Shown in pieces: positions 8,664-18,582 of a stretch of DNA of 64,000 nt (position 1 is its first letter; the number at the start of each line of letters is the position of its first letter). Position numbers and translations under genes: made by a program. This DNA is from Marispirochaeta sp. (GTDB lineage: Bacteria > Spirochaetota > Spirochaetia > JC444 > Marispirochaetaceae): assembly GCA_963676835.2 (NCBI GenBank), contig CAXXFF010000004.1:32001-96000 (forward strand), written 5' to 3'. The notes under the pieces are model-generated. The model was not told the origin of the DNA. It worked only from the letters and a program-made list of their open reading frames with translations, and did not search any database.

Positions 8664-9575
8664 ATGAGTGAAAAATCTTTATCCCCCGTGGAAGTAGCCG
8701 CGGAACTTGGTATAGCAAAGAACACTGTCTATGAACTCATAAAACGTGGTGAGATTCCATCATACAAAATTGGACGAAAGATCCGGGTACGCTACAGTGA
8801 TATTGAACTGCTGAGGGGCGAACGCAGCACTGCCGCAGAAAAGAAGTCCAGCCAGGGGAAAACCGGATCGCCGGAATGATCATTCATTATCTGCGGGCAG
8901 GATACCGTACTGGATATTCTGGCCCGAATGATGGAAGACCATCCCGGAGAAACCCGGGTTTTCAGAAGCCATCAGGGACGCTACAACGGACTTTATTCAC
9001 TCTACAGGGAAGATGTGCATACCGCCAGTTGTCATCTCTGGGACGGAGACAGCAACACCTACAACCTTCCGTATATTCAAAGAATGGTTCCCGGAATTCC
9101 TGCCCGGGTAATTCACCTGGTAAAACGTATGCAGGGGCTGTATGTACCGAAGGGAAATCCCAAAAACATAAGATCCTGGGAGGATCTTGTCCGCCGTGAT
9201 GTAACAATAGTAAACCGGGAAAAAGGAGCCGGAACACGGGTACTCCTGGATGAACATCTCCGACTACTGGGCTGTACTGGCAGCAAGGTAAAGGGATACA
9301 ACAGGGAGGAAAGCTCCCATCTTTCTATCGTTAGCGCGGTTGCCAGGGGAGATGCCGACACAGGCTTAGGCAACGAAAAGAGCGCTCTTCAATCTTCAGA
9401 AATTGATTTTATTCCTTTGCAGCAGGAAAGTTACGATCTGGTAATGTTAAGGGAAAAAGCTGACCAACCCCGATATGCAGCCCTGATTGAAATTATTCAG
9501 TCTGAGGCCTTCCGTAAAGCCATAGACGGACTGGGTGGGTATGATACGGAAAATACGGGAACCATTCTTGCTTAA
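8664..9575 (+). pseudogene. Excisionase-type HTH + PBP (molybdate-binding-like) regulator interrupted by an in-frame TGA at 8877-8879
   Basis: LSPVEVAAELGIAKNTVYELIKRGEIPSYKIGRKIRV, then GSPE*SFIICGQDTVLDIL continues in frame into the PBP domain (NREKGAGTR, SHLSIVSAVARGDADTG). Confidence 0.8.
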
Positions 9576-9596
9576 GGACGCCCGTGTGAGCTAACA

Positions 9597-9625
9597 TTGA
9601 CAGCAGTTGTCCTATGTATTATAAG
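9597..9625 (+). promoter_or_regulatory. Sigma70 promoter of the GntR gene (probably leaderless)
   Basis: TTGACA-17 nt-TATAAG; ATG 6 nt downstream with no SD. Confidence 0.7.
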
Positions 9626-9631
9626 TAACCG

Positions 9632-10336
9632 ATGAAACGTCTAGGAAAGATTGAAACTGCCCAGATAAAGAATCAGGTCTACGAAAAAATCAAATCGATG
9701 ATAGTTCAGGGAACCTGGGAACCCGGGGATAAACTTCCCTCGGAAAGCCAACTCTGTGATCAACTGGGTGTAAGCCGGGTTTCAGTCCGCTCTGCCCTGC
9801 AGTCTCTGGAAGCGCAGGGCTACATAGAAATACGCCGCGGTGAAGGCAGTTTTGTCAAACACTTCAGTCTTTCTGATCAACTGGACCTTCTGGTACCAAT
9901 CTTTGCCCTGGACAAGAAAGACATCCTCGATGTCCTGCGTTACCGGATGCTTACAGAACCGAGTCTCATGCCCTACGTAATTGAGAATGCCACTGCAGAA
10001 GATATCACAGGGCTGGAAGAAACCTTCCGCAAAATGGAAGATTCCCGGGACAACATGCGCAAGCATGCTCAGCTTGACGAACAGTTTCACTATAAACTGA
10101 CAGAAATAGTAAACAACAATGTACTATCCAAGATATACCGTGCACTTTTCGAGATCTTCAACTCCGCCTGGAATGAGATCTGCACCATTCTGGGCCCGGA
10201 TGCGGGAATAGAGTATCACGCGAAGCTGCTTGAAGCCATAAAAAACCGGGATAAAGAAACGGCAGAAGCAGTAATGCGGGAACATGTTGTAACCACCTAT
10301 CAGAAAATTGAAACCCATTACAACACTCAAAGTTGA
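9632..10336 (+). CDS. GntR/FadR-family transcriptional regulator
   Basis: PGDKLPSESQLCDQLGVSRVSVRSAL wHTH and FCD domain (DEQFH, MREH). Confidence 0.92.
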   Translation: MKRLGKIETAQIKNQVYEKIKSMIVQGTWEPGDKLPSESQLCDQLGVSRVSVRSALQSLEAQGYIEIRRGEGSFVKHFSLSDQLDLLVPIFALDKKDILDVLRYRMLTEPSLMPYVIENATAEDITGLEETFRKMEDSRDNMRKHAQLDEQFHYKLTEIVNNNVLSKIYRALFEIFNSAWNEICTILGPDAGIEYHAKLLEAIKNRDKETAEAVMREHVVTTYQKIETHYNTQS

Positions 10337-10363
10337 AACTTTATTCATTGTGTAAAGTTTCTG

Positions 10364-10391
10364 TTGACAAAAATCATATATGTTGTATGAT
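10364..10391 (+). promoter_or_regulatory. Sigma70 promoter of the transketolase pair
   Basis: TTGACA-16 nt-TATGAT; overlaps a motif shared with the gntR promoter. Confidence 0.6.
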
Positions 10392-10457
10392 AAGTTACCA
10401 CTGGGCGAAAGAGCCCGGTAACGTTGTATTATATGCTACATCTTAGGAGGCAAAGCT

Positions 10458-11294
10458 ATGGCAGATCAGGCTACTATTAAAAGCCTGGAGCAGAAAGCAG
10501 TTGATATGCGCCTTGACCTGATGGAAATGCTTGAACCCGGTAAAGTTGGACACCTGGGTGGAAGCAGTTCGGCCATGGACATAGTTGCTGCACTCTACTT
10601 CTACAAAATGAACTATTCTCTCAAACTGAAAGACTCACCGGAAAGGGACTACTTCCTTATGTCAAAAGGACACTCTGTACCCGCCCAGTACGCGGCACTT
10701 GCAGAGATGAACTTCTTCAGCAAGGATGAGTTCCACAAAATGAAAACCCTCGGCGGAATGCTGCAGGGACACCCCGACATGAAAACCCCGGGTATCGAAG
10801 CGGTAACCGGCTCCCTCGGTCAGGGACTCTCTCTTGGTGCCGGAATTGCTTACGCAACCAAGCGCATGAATAAGGCGAGCAACCAGGTTTATGTAATGTG
10901 CGGAGACGGTGAGATGGCAGAAGGTCAGCTCTGGGAAGCAGCATCCTTTGCTGCAACCTACAAGCTCTCCAACCTTACCATGATTCTGGACCAGAATAAT
11001 CTTCAGGCCTGTGGAACCTGTGAAGAGATCATGAACATTCCCGAGCTTGCAGCAAAATGGGCAGCCTTTGGTTGGGAAGTTATTGAGATCGACGGCCATA
11101 ACATGGCAGAGATTATTGAAGCCCTGGATAAATCAACCGGCGACAAGCCCAAGGCAATTGTAGCTCATACCGTAAAAGGTAAGGGATTCCCCTTTGCTGA
11201 AAATGTAGTCGGGTTCCACAATGGTTCCATGACTGCAGAGCAGTTCGAGGAAGGAAAGAAAGCACTTCTGGCACAGAAGGAGGCGTTGAAATAA
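10458..11294 (+). CDS. Transketolase, N-terminal (TPP-binding) subunit
   Basis: GHLGGS, SKGH, LQGHPD, TGSLGQG, GDGEMAEG, DQN, HTVKGKG. Confidence 0.93.
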   Translation: MADQATIKSLEQKAVDMRLDLMEMLEPGKVGHLGGSSSAMDIVAALYFYKMNYSLKLKDSPERDYFLMSKGHSVPAQYAALAEMNFFSKDEFHKMKTLGGMLQGHPDMKTPGIEAVTGSLGQGLSLGAGIAYATKRMNKASNQVYVMCGDGEMAEGQLWEAASFAATYKLSNLTMILDQNNLQACGTCEEIMNIPELAAKWAAFGWEVIEIDGHNMAEIIEALDKSTGDKPKAIVAHTVKGKGFPFAENVVGFHNGSMTAEQFEEGKKALLAQKEALK

Positions 11295-12223
11295 TGGCTG
11301 AAATGGCAAGTTTACGTCAGGCCTACGGACAGGCTCTGATTAGAATCGGTAAAGAAAACTCCGACATCGTTGCACTAGATGCGGATCTTGGAAAATCAAC
11401 CTTCTCCCGCTCCATTATGGATCTTGGAGATGAGCGCTTTGTTGAAGTCGGAATCGCGGAACAGAATATGGCTGCAGTATCTGCAGGTATGGCTGTTGCG
11501 GGAAAAGTACCCTTCTTCAGCTCCTTCGCGGTATTCTCCACAGGACGGGCATACGACCAGATCAGAAGTTCTATCTGTATTCCCAAGTTCAATGTAAATA
11601 TCTGCGGTTCAAGCTGCGGCCTCAGCGACTACGGCGACGGCAAAACCCACCAGTCCATCGATGACATTGCAATTATGCAGGTTCTCCCCAACATGGTAGT
11701 TCTTGCACCGGTAGATGCAAATCAGGTGGACGGTATGGTTGAAGCCATGTCCAAGTACGACGGCCCCTGCTACATACGTATTCCCCGGAACGACCTTCCG
11801 GTTATCACCGAAAAGAAACCCTATACCATCGGCCAGGTGGATGAGCTGAAAGAAGGAACCGACGTGGTAATTCTCTCATGCAGCGGTGCGGTTCACACTT
11901 CACTGGAAGCGGCTGAAAAACTCAGCGCCAAGGGTGTAAGTGCCGGCGTTACCAGCATCGGTACCATCAAGCCCTTCCCCACCGAGAAGGTAAAGGCCAT
12001 TGCGGAAAAAGCAAAAGCTGTCCTTATTGTGGAAGAACACAATGTAATCGGCGGCCTTGGAAGTACAGTAAAAAGCAATCTTGCAGGTATGCCCCTCAAG
12101 TTCGGACACATGGGAATGCAGGATACCTTCGGACAGTCTGCAGAAAGCTATGAAATGCTGCTTGAGTACTACAAACTTACAGCAGATGATATCGCAGCTC
12201 AGGCTGAGGCACTCATTAAATAA
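11294..12223 (+). CDS. Transketolase, C-terminal subunit
   Basis: DADLGKST, GIAEQNM, RAYDQIR, DGKTHQ, VEEH. Confidence 0.93.
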   Translation: MAEMASLRQAYGQALIRIGKENSDIVALDADLGKSTFSRSIMDLGDERFVEVGIAEQNMAAVSAGMAVAGKVPFFSSFAVFSTGRAYDQIRSSICIPKFNVNICGSSCGLSDYGDGKTHQSIDDIAIMQVLPNMVVLAPVDANQVDGMVEAMSKYDGPCYIRIPRNDLPVITEKKPYTIGQVDELKEGTDVVILSCSGAVHTSLEAAEKLSAKGVSAGVTSIGTIKPFPTEKVKAIAEKAKAVLIVEEHNVIGGLGSTVKSNLAGMPLKFGHMGMQDTFGQSAESYEMLLEYYKLTADDIAAQAEALIK

Positions 12224-12254
12224 AACATTCCTTTTACCAGGAAACTATGCTTAT

Positions 12255-12292
12255 AAGGCCTTCCCGGAGCAATCCGGAGAAGGTCTTTTTTC
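12255..12292 (+). terminator. Intrinsic terminator
   Basis: AAGGCCTTCCCGGA-GCAA-TCCGGAGAAGGTCTT plus T-run. Confidence 0.8.
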
Positions 12293-12350
12293 TTTTTATC
12301 TAACTTTTTCTTTTTTTTGGGGGGGATGGGTGAGAGATGAAGGAGGATAT

Positions 12351-14228
12351 TCAAACCTTCAGTTTCTTCCGCAGGGTTGCCCGGTCGATCCCAAGCTGCC
12401 GTGCGGTCAGCGACAGATTACCCTGGTTGCGTTCAAACTCCCTGGCAATTATTTCTGCTTCGATCTCTTTAAGGGTACGGCCTTCAGAAACAGCCGGTTT
12501 AACAAGACCATCCCGGGACTGTTTAACCTCTGCGATAAGGTCTTCTATAATTTCATCCCGGTCTTCCCTGCTCACCGAAAGAAGAACACTGACCTTCTCT
12601 GCGAAGTTTCTCAACTGTCTCACATTTCCCGGCCAGGAACTGCAGAGAACTGCCTCTATCAGACGTTGGGGAATATCTGCTTCTAAAGTGCCGTTATTCT
12701 GCTGGAACTCCCGCAGAAAGAGGCTGAACAGGGGCACCACATCTTCCGGACGCTCCCGGAGGGGAGGAATCTCAATATCAAGAATCTTAAGACGGTAATA
12801 AAGATCACGGCGAAATCTCCCCTCCTCGGCTTCCATATACAGATCCTTGTTTGAAGCGGCAATAACCCGAACGTCAATACTGAAAATCCGGTCGTCACCG
12901 ATGCGCATAACCTGTTTTTCCTGCAGCACCCGCAGAAGACGCGCCTGAACATTCATACTCATGTCATTCACTTCGTCCAGGAAGATTGTTCCTTCGTGGG
13001 CCATCTCAAACAGACCAGGCTTTCCCCCCTTGCGGGCACCGGTAAATGCTCCCTCGGCATAGCCGAAAAGTTCAGACTCAAGCAGGCTGTCCGGCAGGGC
13101 GGCACAGTTAACCGCGACAAAAGGTCCGTTTCTCCTGCTTGATGCGGTATGAATACTCTGGGCGAAAATTTCTTTGCCGGCACCAGTTTCTCCCAGAAGA
13201 AGAATGGTTGAATCTGCCTGACTGTAACGTCTGGCCTTTTGAATAGTTTTTCTGAATCCCGGATTCTTTGCCACGATACTGTCAAATGAATATCGGGCCA
13301 CGAGCCCCCGGCTGGTTAACTGCCGCCGGATAATTCCTTCCAGATTCTGGATATAGCCGGTACTTTGAATATAGACAAGGGTGGCTGTATGGGAATGATC
13401 TGCAATAATGGGGAAAACCTCAACCAGATAGTCTGATCCCTCTACATTAACAATTTCACTCCCGTTTTTACTGCCTGTAACTCCGGAAAGAAAGTCGGGA
13501 AGATCCCCGGAATCGACGGAATTGCCCAGAACCCTGTAACGGCTTATACCAAGGATTTTTTCCGCTCTGGTGTTAATAAGCTCTATTCTGTTCTCATTAT
13601 TAAGATAGATCATTCCTTTATCAGAATGTTCCATAATGGAATTCAGCCGCTTGTTCTTTATTATCTCGTCATTCATATGCTGGTAAAACTGAACAGCAGC
13701 CTCAACTGCACTGCTGACAGCCTCGGGACCGGAGCGCACCAGCTCACTCTCCATCTGCATTTCCCGGGCTGTGGTTACCGAAACAGTATCTCCCACAACA
13801 AGGTCCGCACCCCATTTCCGTATCCGCTCGAATACATCAAACAGCTTCTCCTGGGCAGTCAGATTGAAATAGCCGAACTGTACCCCCAGGATTTCTGCAA
13901 TAGAGCGAGCCCCGCTTACAACATTTTCATATCCAACCACAGCAATATTTTTACCCATTCCTACATAGGGATACAGAGCACGGAGAAGATCGAAACTAGT
14001 TACATCAATTTCAAAGACAGGCACAGAAAGATTCTGCCGCAAAAGGGAGGCGGTGCCGCCCCGGCTTACAACAATATCTATGTTGTTCTTCATTATTTCG
14101 CCGTGGGCAACCCTCAAACCAGTCTCAAGGTCTCCATGCACAACTCGAATGTTATAGGGAGAATCAGCAAGGGTTTCCGAGGCAGTTTTTACCAGGTCCA
14201 GATATGGAGCAATTAGTAGGATATTCAC
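12351..14228 (-). CDS. Sigma54-dependent activator, PrpR-like (PrpR_N, PAS, AAA+, Fis HTH)
   Basis: VSRGGTA, GETGAGKE, ESELFG, GAFTGA, FLDE, WPGNVRQL, LGIDRATL. Confidence 0.92.
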   Translation of the reverse strand: MNILLIAPYLDLVKTASETLADSPYNIRVVHGDLETGLRVAHGEIMKNNIDIVVSRGGTASLLRQNLSVPVFEIDVTSFDLLRALYPYVGMGKNIAVVGYENVVSGARSIAEILGVQFGYFNLTAQEKLFDVFERIRKWGADLVVGDTVSVTTAREMQMESELVRSGPEAVSSAVEAAVQFYQHMNDEIIKNKRLNSIMEHSDKGMIYLNNENRIELINTRAEKILGISRYRVLGNSVDSGDLPDFLSGVTGSKNGSEIVNVEGSDYLVEVFPIIADHSHTATLVYIQSTGYIQNLEGIIRRQLTSRGLVARYSFDSIVAKNPGFRKTIQKARRYSQADSTILLLGETGAGKEIFAQSIHTASSRRNGPFVAVNCAALPDSLLESELFGYAEGAFTGARKGGKPGLFEMAHEGTIFLDEVNDMSMNVQARLLRVLQEKQVMRIGDDRIFSIDVRVIAASNKDLYMEAEEGRFRRDLYYRLKILDIEIPPLRERPEDVVPLFSLFLREFQQNNGTLEADIPQRLIEAVLCSSWPGNVRQLRNFAEKVSVLLSVSREDRDEIIEDLIAEVKQSRDGLVKPAVSEGRTLKEIEAEIIAREFERNQGNLSLTARQLGIDRATLRKKLKV

Positions 14229-14309
14229 AGGTGTGAGTATAGCATATTCAGATAGACAGGATGAAAGTCAATTTTTCTGATAGAGAGGTTAAAGGATTGT
14301 TCAGTTAAT

Positions 14310-14347
14310 AAAAAAAGGCTGGCCGGTTAAACCCGGGCAGCCTTTTT
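14310..14347 (-). terminator. Intrinsic terminator
   Basis: AAAAAAGGCTG...CAGCCTTTTT downstream of the Fe-ADH gene. Confidence 0.75.
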
Positions 14348-14368
14348 GCTTTTATTACAGGGTACGTT

Positions 14369-15637
14369 CTACAGGTTCTTAACAACAGAGAAGTCGCCGG
14401 TTTTGGCAGCTTCCAGTACGGAACCCATGTACTCATCAATCTGCTCTGCAACCATGGGAGTAGGCATGTTTTCCAGCTTCATCTTAAGCTGCGGGTTTTT
14501 TGCAGCGGTCAGACAGCGGGCGATGTGCTCCTGGGTAAAACCTTCAACCTCGGAAAGCTTCACGGGGAAGCCGATCTTTCTGGAAAGCTCAAGCATAGCT
14601 TCTGCAACTGCAGTTCCAAGCTCGCGTCCGGTCATTGCATTGAGGTCACCCTTAAGCAGACCAGCCTTCTCGTAGATACCGCCGACAAGCTTCAGAGGCT
14701 TTTCGATAGCCGGCGCGAAGAAAACTGTGTAGTAGGGGTTCATCATTGCACAGGCACGTCCGTGGCTGAGAATGTCGATAAGAGAGAAGCTGGTAAGGTG
14801 AGCACCGTTGGTACCGCCGACCATGATAGCGTATCCGCCCATGTCGGTGGCAATACAGAGTGCATCCCGTGCATCTTTGTCATCGGGATTGTCGATTACC
14901 TTGGGCAAGTTCTCTACAACAAGACCGATTCCGGCTTCTGCAATCTTTGCAGTAAGTTCGTAGTTGGCGTTGTTTACTGCTCCGTAAACTACTTCCAGAC
15001 AGTGGGCAATACCATCAAGAGCTCCGTCCATAATCAGGCTCTTGGGTGCACCGTAGGTTACTGCGAAGTCGAAAACGGGGAACTGAGGAACAATACCTTC
15101 GTCTACAACCAGCTTTTTCTGGCCGGTTTTGAGATCGGTAATGTTGGAGTACTTGGTCAGGTGAGCACCGGAAGATGCTGCAGTCTGAATAGCAATATGG
15201 GGGGTAAGCTTTTTGCCGCTCTTCTCGATAACAGCAGTAACCTGTCCAACTCCGAAGTAATCTTCGATGTCGCCGCCGAGAGTCCGGAGAACCTCTGCAG
15301 ACTTTACAGCATCGATGGTACTTCCACCGCCGAAACTTACGATTACATCGGGGTTTCCAGCCTTGAGGGACTCGGTGATCCGGGAAAGGTCTTCGCGGGG
15401 AGCATTGGGGCCTGCACCGGCTTCTTCTTTAACCAGCTCAACACCGGCATCTTTAAGTGATTTCCGGACAGTATCGAGAAATGTCTCGCTTCCGGGAAAT
15501 TTGTCACAAACAAGGACAGCTTTTTTACCAATCTTGGCAGCTACACCACCAACCTGGTCCAGGACATTACGTCCATAAAGATAATTTCCGCCCTTGAAAT
15601 CTTTCAAAAGGTCTTCTGCGATCTTCAAATAATCCAT
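14369..15637 (-). CDS. Iron-containing alcohol dehydrogenase family protein
   Basis: GGGSTIDAVK, TAASSG, DGIAHCLE, GAHL, SHGRAC metal ligands. Confidence 0.9.
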   Translation of the reverse strand: MDYLKIAEDLLKDFKGGNYLYGRNVLDQVGGVAAKIGKKAVLVCDKFPGSETFLDTVRKSLKDAGVELVKEEAGAGPNAPREDLSRITESLKAGNPDVIVSFGGGSTIDAVKSAEVLRTLGGDIEDYFGVGQVTAVIEKSGKKLTPHIAIQTAASSGAHLTKYSNITDLKTGQKKLVVDEGIVPQFPVFDFAVTYGAPKSLIMDGALDGIAHCLEVVYGAVNNANYELTAKIAEAGIGLVVENLPKVIDNPDDKDARDALCIATDMGGYAIMVGGTNGAHLTSFSLIDILSHGRACAMMNPYYTVFFAPAIEKPLKLVGGIYEKAGLLKGDLNAMTGRELGTAVAEAMLELSRKIGFPVKLSEVEGFTQEHIARCLTAAKNPQLKMKLENMPTPMVAEQIDEYMGSVLEAAKTGDFSVVKNL

Positions 15638-15755
15638 GAGTAAACTCCTTCGGGAGATTAATTTGTATACGGTTCCTTATTATTGCACTTCAAAGCGGTG
15701 CTTGGGAACCCTTCCGGCCCCTTGTCAGTAAAAAAATATTGACTTTTCCGCAAGG

Positions 15756-16715
15756 TTATGCTGGATTATTCACCGGCCATTTCGGCTTCTTTCCGCTGAG
15801 CACATCATGTATGCCGTAAGCTGCGTGCAAGGCCATGCGTATCATGCATTCAGTGGTCAAGGCAGCGTTATGGGGTGTAACTACAACATTATCCATGGCA
15901 AAAAGAGGATGGTTCTTTGCAGGAGGCTCTTCCTCAAAAACATCCAGTCCGGCGCCGGCAATACTGCCCTTCTTCAGAGCCTCTACAAGTGCAGCCTCAT
16001 CTACAACCTCGCCCCTTGCTGCATTAACAATATAGGCGGATTCCTTCATAAGGCCGAACTCTTTTGCTCCTATGGACTTCGCAGTCTGGGGAGTAGCGGG
16101 GATATGAACAGTGAGATAATCTGACTGTTTAAACATATCATCCCATTCTTCCACCCTGGTTACATACTCGGGAAAGTTCTCGGCTTTAAGATACGGATCA
16201 TAGCCCAGAACCTTCATTCCCAGTCCGTAGTAGGCTTTCTGCGCCACCAGTCTGCCGATTTTTCCCATACCCAGAACACCGAGAACTGCACCGTCAAGGT
16301 CATGTCCCTTTACCCTGTTCCGGATCTCGAAGTCGCCTGCGCGAAGGGCTTTGTCACTGCGAACAATATTATGTGCAAGAGATACGATAAGCCCGATTGC
16401 ATGTTCTGCAACGGTATTGGAATTTGATTCCGGAGCATTGGTAACCCAGATGCCCAGCTCCTCTGCTTTCTTGCAGTCAATGTTGTCAACACCGACTCCA
16501 TGACGGCCGATAACCTTCAGCTTTTTTCCTGCCTCCATTACTTCTGCAGGAAATGGAGCTGTTCGGGCCAGAATAGCGTCACAGTCCGCAACATCACGAA
16601 CAATGTCTTCCACGGTTATACCGCTGCCCATCTTCACCTCGTAGCCCTGCTCGCGCAGAAAGTCTTTTCCTTCCTCCATTACATCCTGGGGAATGAGAAC
16701 CTTGAATGCTGCCAT
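15756..16715 (-). CDS. D-isomer-specific 2-hydroxyacid dehydrogenase (SerA-like, no ACT domain)
   Basis: GVGVDNID, GMGKIG, NAARG, DVFEEEP, TPHNA; AAGGAG RBS before ATG 16715. Confidence 0.9.
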   Translation of the reverse strand: MAAFKVLIPQDVMEEGKDFLREQGYEVKMGSGITVEDIVRDVADCDAILARTAPFPAEVMEAGKKLKVIGRHGVGVDNIDCKKAEELGIWVTNAPESNSNTVAEHAIGLIVSLAHNIVRSDKALRAGDFEIRNRVKGHDLDGAVLGVLGMGKIGRLVAQKAYYGLGMKVLGYDPYLKAENFPEYVTRVEEWDDMFKQSDYLTVHIPATPQTAKSIGAKEFGLMKESAYIVNAARGEVVDEAALVEALKKGSIAGAGLDVFEEEPPAKNHPLFAMDNVVVTPHNAALTTECMIRMALHAAYGIHDVLSGKKPKWPVNNPA

Positions 16716-16757
16716 GAAAACTCTCCTTATTACTTTAGTAGTGTGTAAAAACAGATA

Positions 16758-16778
16758 CGCCCGGCAGAGAGCCGGGCG
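16758..16778. other. Intercistronic hairpin
   Basis: CGCCCGGC-AGAGA-GCCGGGCG between the aldolase and dehydrogenase genes. Confidence 0.5.
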
Positions 16779-16790
16779 CAAAATTGATTA

Positions 16791-17545
16791 TCAGTCTTTA
16801 AATTTATTGGCGATACCTTTGAGACCGTTGGCAATAACACCAATGTCCAGGCCGCTCATAACCATCTGCATGTCGTCCTTGAACAACTCAAGGAGAGCAT
16901 CCGGAGCATGAAGAGAAAATACTTTTCCGTATTTCTTTGCAGCCGCTGCTACCTTCTTTATAGCATTAACATTGGTTTCGTTCATAATGTCCCCGGGAAC
17001 ACCCAGAGAAATCGCCAGGTCGTTGGACCGATAAGAAGAACATCGATTCCTTCTGTTGCAGCAATGGCTTCGATATTATCGATGGCTTCTTTTGTCTCGA
17101 TCTGCGCGATAGCCAGGGTTGCCGCATTCTGCTCTTTCATAAAGGTAAGAGCATCAGTCTTAAGGTTGCCGTATCCGGTATGGACACCAAGACTTCCGAA
17201 TCCCCGTCCGCCGATGGGGATATAGCGGCCCCATTCAACCAGCTTTTTGGCTTCTTCCTCTGTGCTCAGCATGGGGCACATGATTCCGGTTGCACCCGCA
17301 TCAAGCAGCCTTGATACAAAGCTTTTTGACAGTTCAGGAATCCGGGCAAAACAGCCGAGGCCGATTTCTCTTGCCAGGTTTGCCATGTTGGCAAATGACT
17401 GAATGTCATAGGTACCATGCTCCATGTCGAATAGGACGTAATCGAGTCCTGCATTCTTTGCAATCTGAATAATACCGGGGTGATCAATCATGCGGATCAT
17501 GGTTCCAACAATTTTCTTTCCATCCCTCAGTTTCTTTACAGCCAT
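16791..17545 (-). pseudogene. HpcH/HpaI-family class II aldolase with a 1-nt frameshift near 17025
   Basis: FDMEHG, RLLDAGATGIMCP, QIET; one added base restores IGP-NDLAISLGVPGDI and joins ORF 16791..16985. Confidence 0.88.
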
Positions 17546-17632
17546 AGTGTTCCTCCACTAAATAAAATGTATATATTCAACCAGGACGACTGAAAAGACA
17601 GCCTGGTTATGGGATACAAAAGTACCGTTCAA

Positions 17633-18304
17633 TTACCTGGAAACGCCGGTACCTCCAGCTTTCCCCAGAAAAACCTGAGGATAGAAGGTATCGATAATGT
17701 CCCTGCAGGTTATCCGCATATGTTCACGCATGAGCTGTTCACTCTTATCTGCATCCTGATCGAGAACTGCCTGAATTATAGCCAGATGAAAATTTCGGGA
17801 AACTGTCTCTATGGACGAACTATGTCTGGCGATGTTGCTGGTAAGACGGGCAAGATAACTTACTTTATGATAAATTTCCTTCAGCAGAGCATTTGCTGAA
17901 GCATCGATAAACATGGTATGCAGATCCCGGCCGAAAACCGGACCGACTTCCGCTATCTGTTCTTCCGGGAGCGATTCAAGATTCTGCTGCAAAGCTTCCA
18001 GTTTACGGATAAACTCAGGCTCCCGGCGCTGACATGCGAGCCTGACAGCCATTCCCTCAATAGCCTCTCTGGTTTGAAAGACATCAAAAATCTGTTCCCA
18101 GCCCAGCTTGCGGACAAAAAACCCACGGGCTGGCCGCTGCTCGACAATTCCGTCCAGAACCAGCCGCCAGAGAATCTCTCGGATAGGAGTTCTGCTGATT
18201 TCATAATACTCACACAGTTCACGTTCAATCAGTGAGTCACCCTGAGAATATTCTTCACTGAGAATCTTTTCGCGCAAATCTTCAAGTATCTCGTTCTTTG
18301 TCAT
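17633..18304 (-). CDS. GntR-family transcriptional regulator (FCD domain)
   Basis: ERELCEYYEISRTPIREIL wHTH; H..I..A...D....M.EH. Confidence 0.9.
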   Translation of the reverse strand: MTKNEILEDLREKILSEEYSQGDSLIERELCEYYEISRTPIREILWRLVLDGIVEQRPARGFFVRKLGWEQIFDVFQTREAIEGMAVRLACQRREPEFIRKLEALQQNLESLPEEQIAEVGPVFGRDLHTMFIDASANALLKEIYHKVSYLARLTSNIARHSSSIETVSRNFHLAIIQAVLDQDADKSEQLMREHMRITCRDIIDTFYPQVFLGKAGGTGVSR

Positions 18305-18523
18305 GAGTAATACGTATCCGTCCTTGACTATTTTTGTATACCAACAGCATACAATCTGTCAAGCATATTGTATGCATGCATAGAGACACAGGATGGAATT
18401 GTCTGTATTTTATATCTGCACGGAAAATTAAAACGAATATCCGATTGAACTAATAATTGTATACCAAACAACTATAACCCTGAAATTGCGGAATCGTCAA
18501 GAAAATATAGCAAAGCTCTTTCT

Positions 18524-18539
18524 ATATTGCATGCAATAT
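18524..18539. promoter_or_regulatory. Perfect 16-bp palindrome, candidate GntR operator
   Basis: ATATTGCATGCAATAT; related TTGTAT(A/G)C words recur in 18330-18470. Confidence 0.55.
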
Positions 18540-18582
18540 GTTATTCTAAGCATTATAGATACTTGCAAAAAGGATTTACCAC

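Noticed and set aside
8877..8879. Selenocysteine call for the in-frame TGA
   Set aside because: The position is in a variable linker, the downstream hairpin is weak and no sel gene is in the window; kept only as a low-probability option
8876..9199. 107-aa ORF starting at the ATGA overlap with the HTH stop
   Set aside because: It looks like translational coupling but is out of frame with the conserved PBP domain and has no recognisable features
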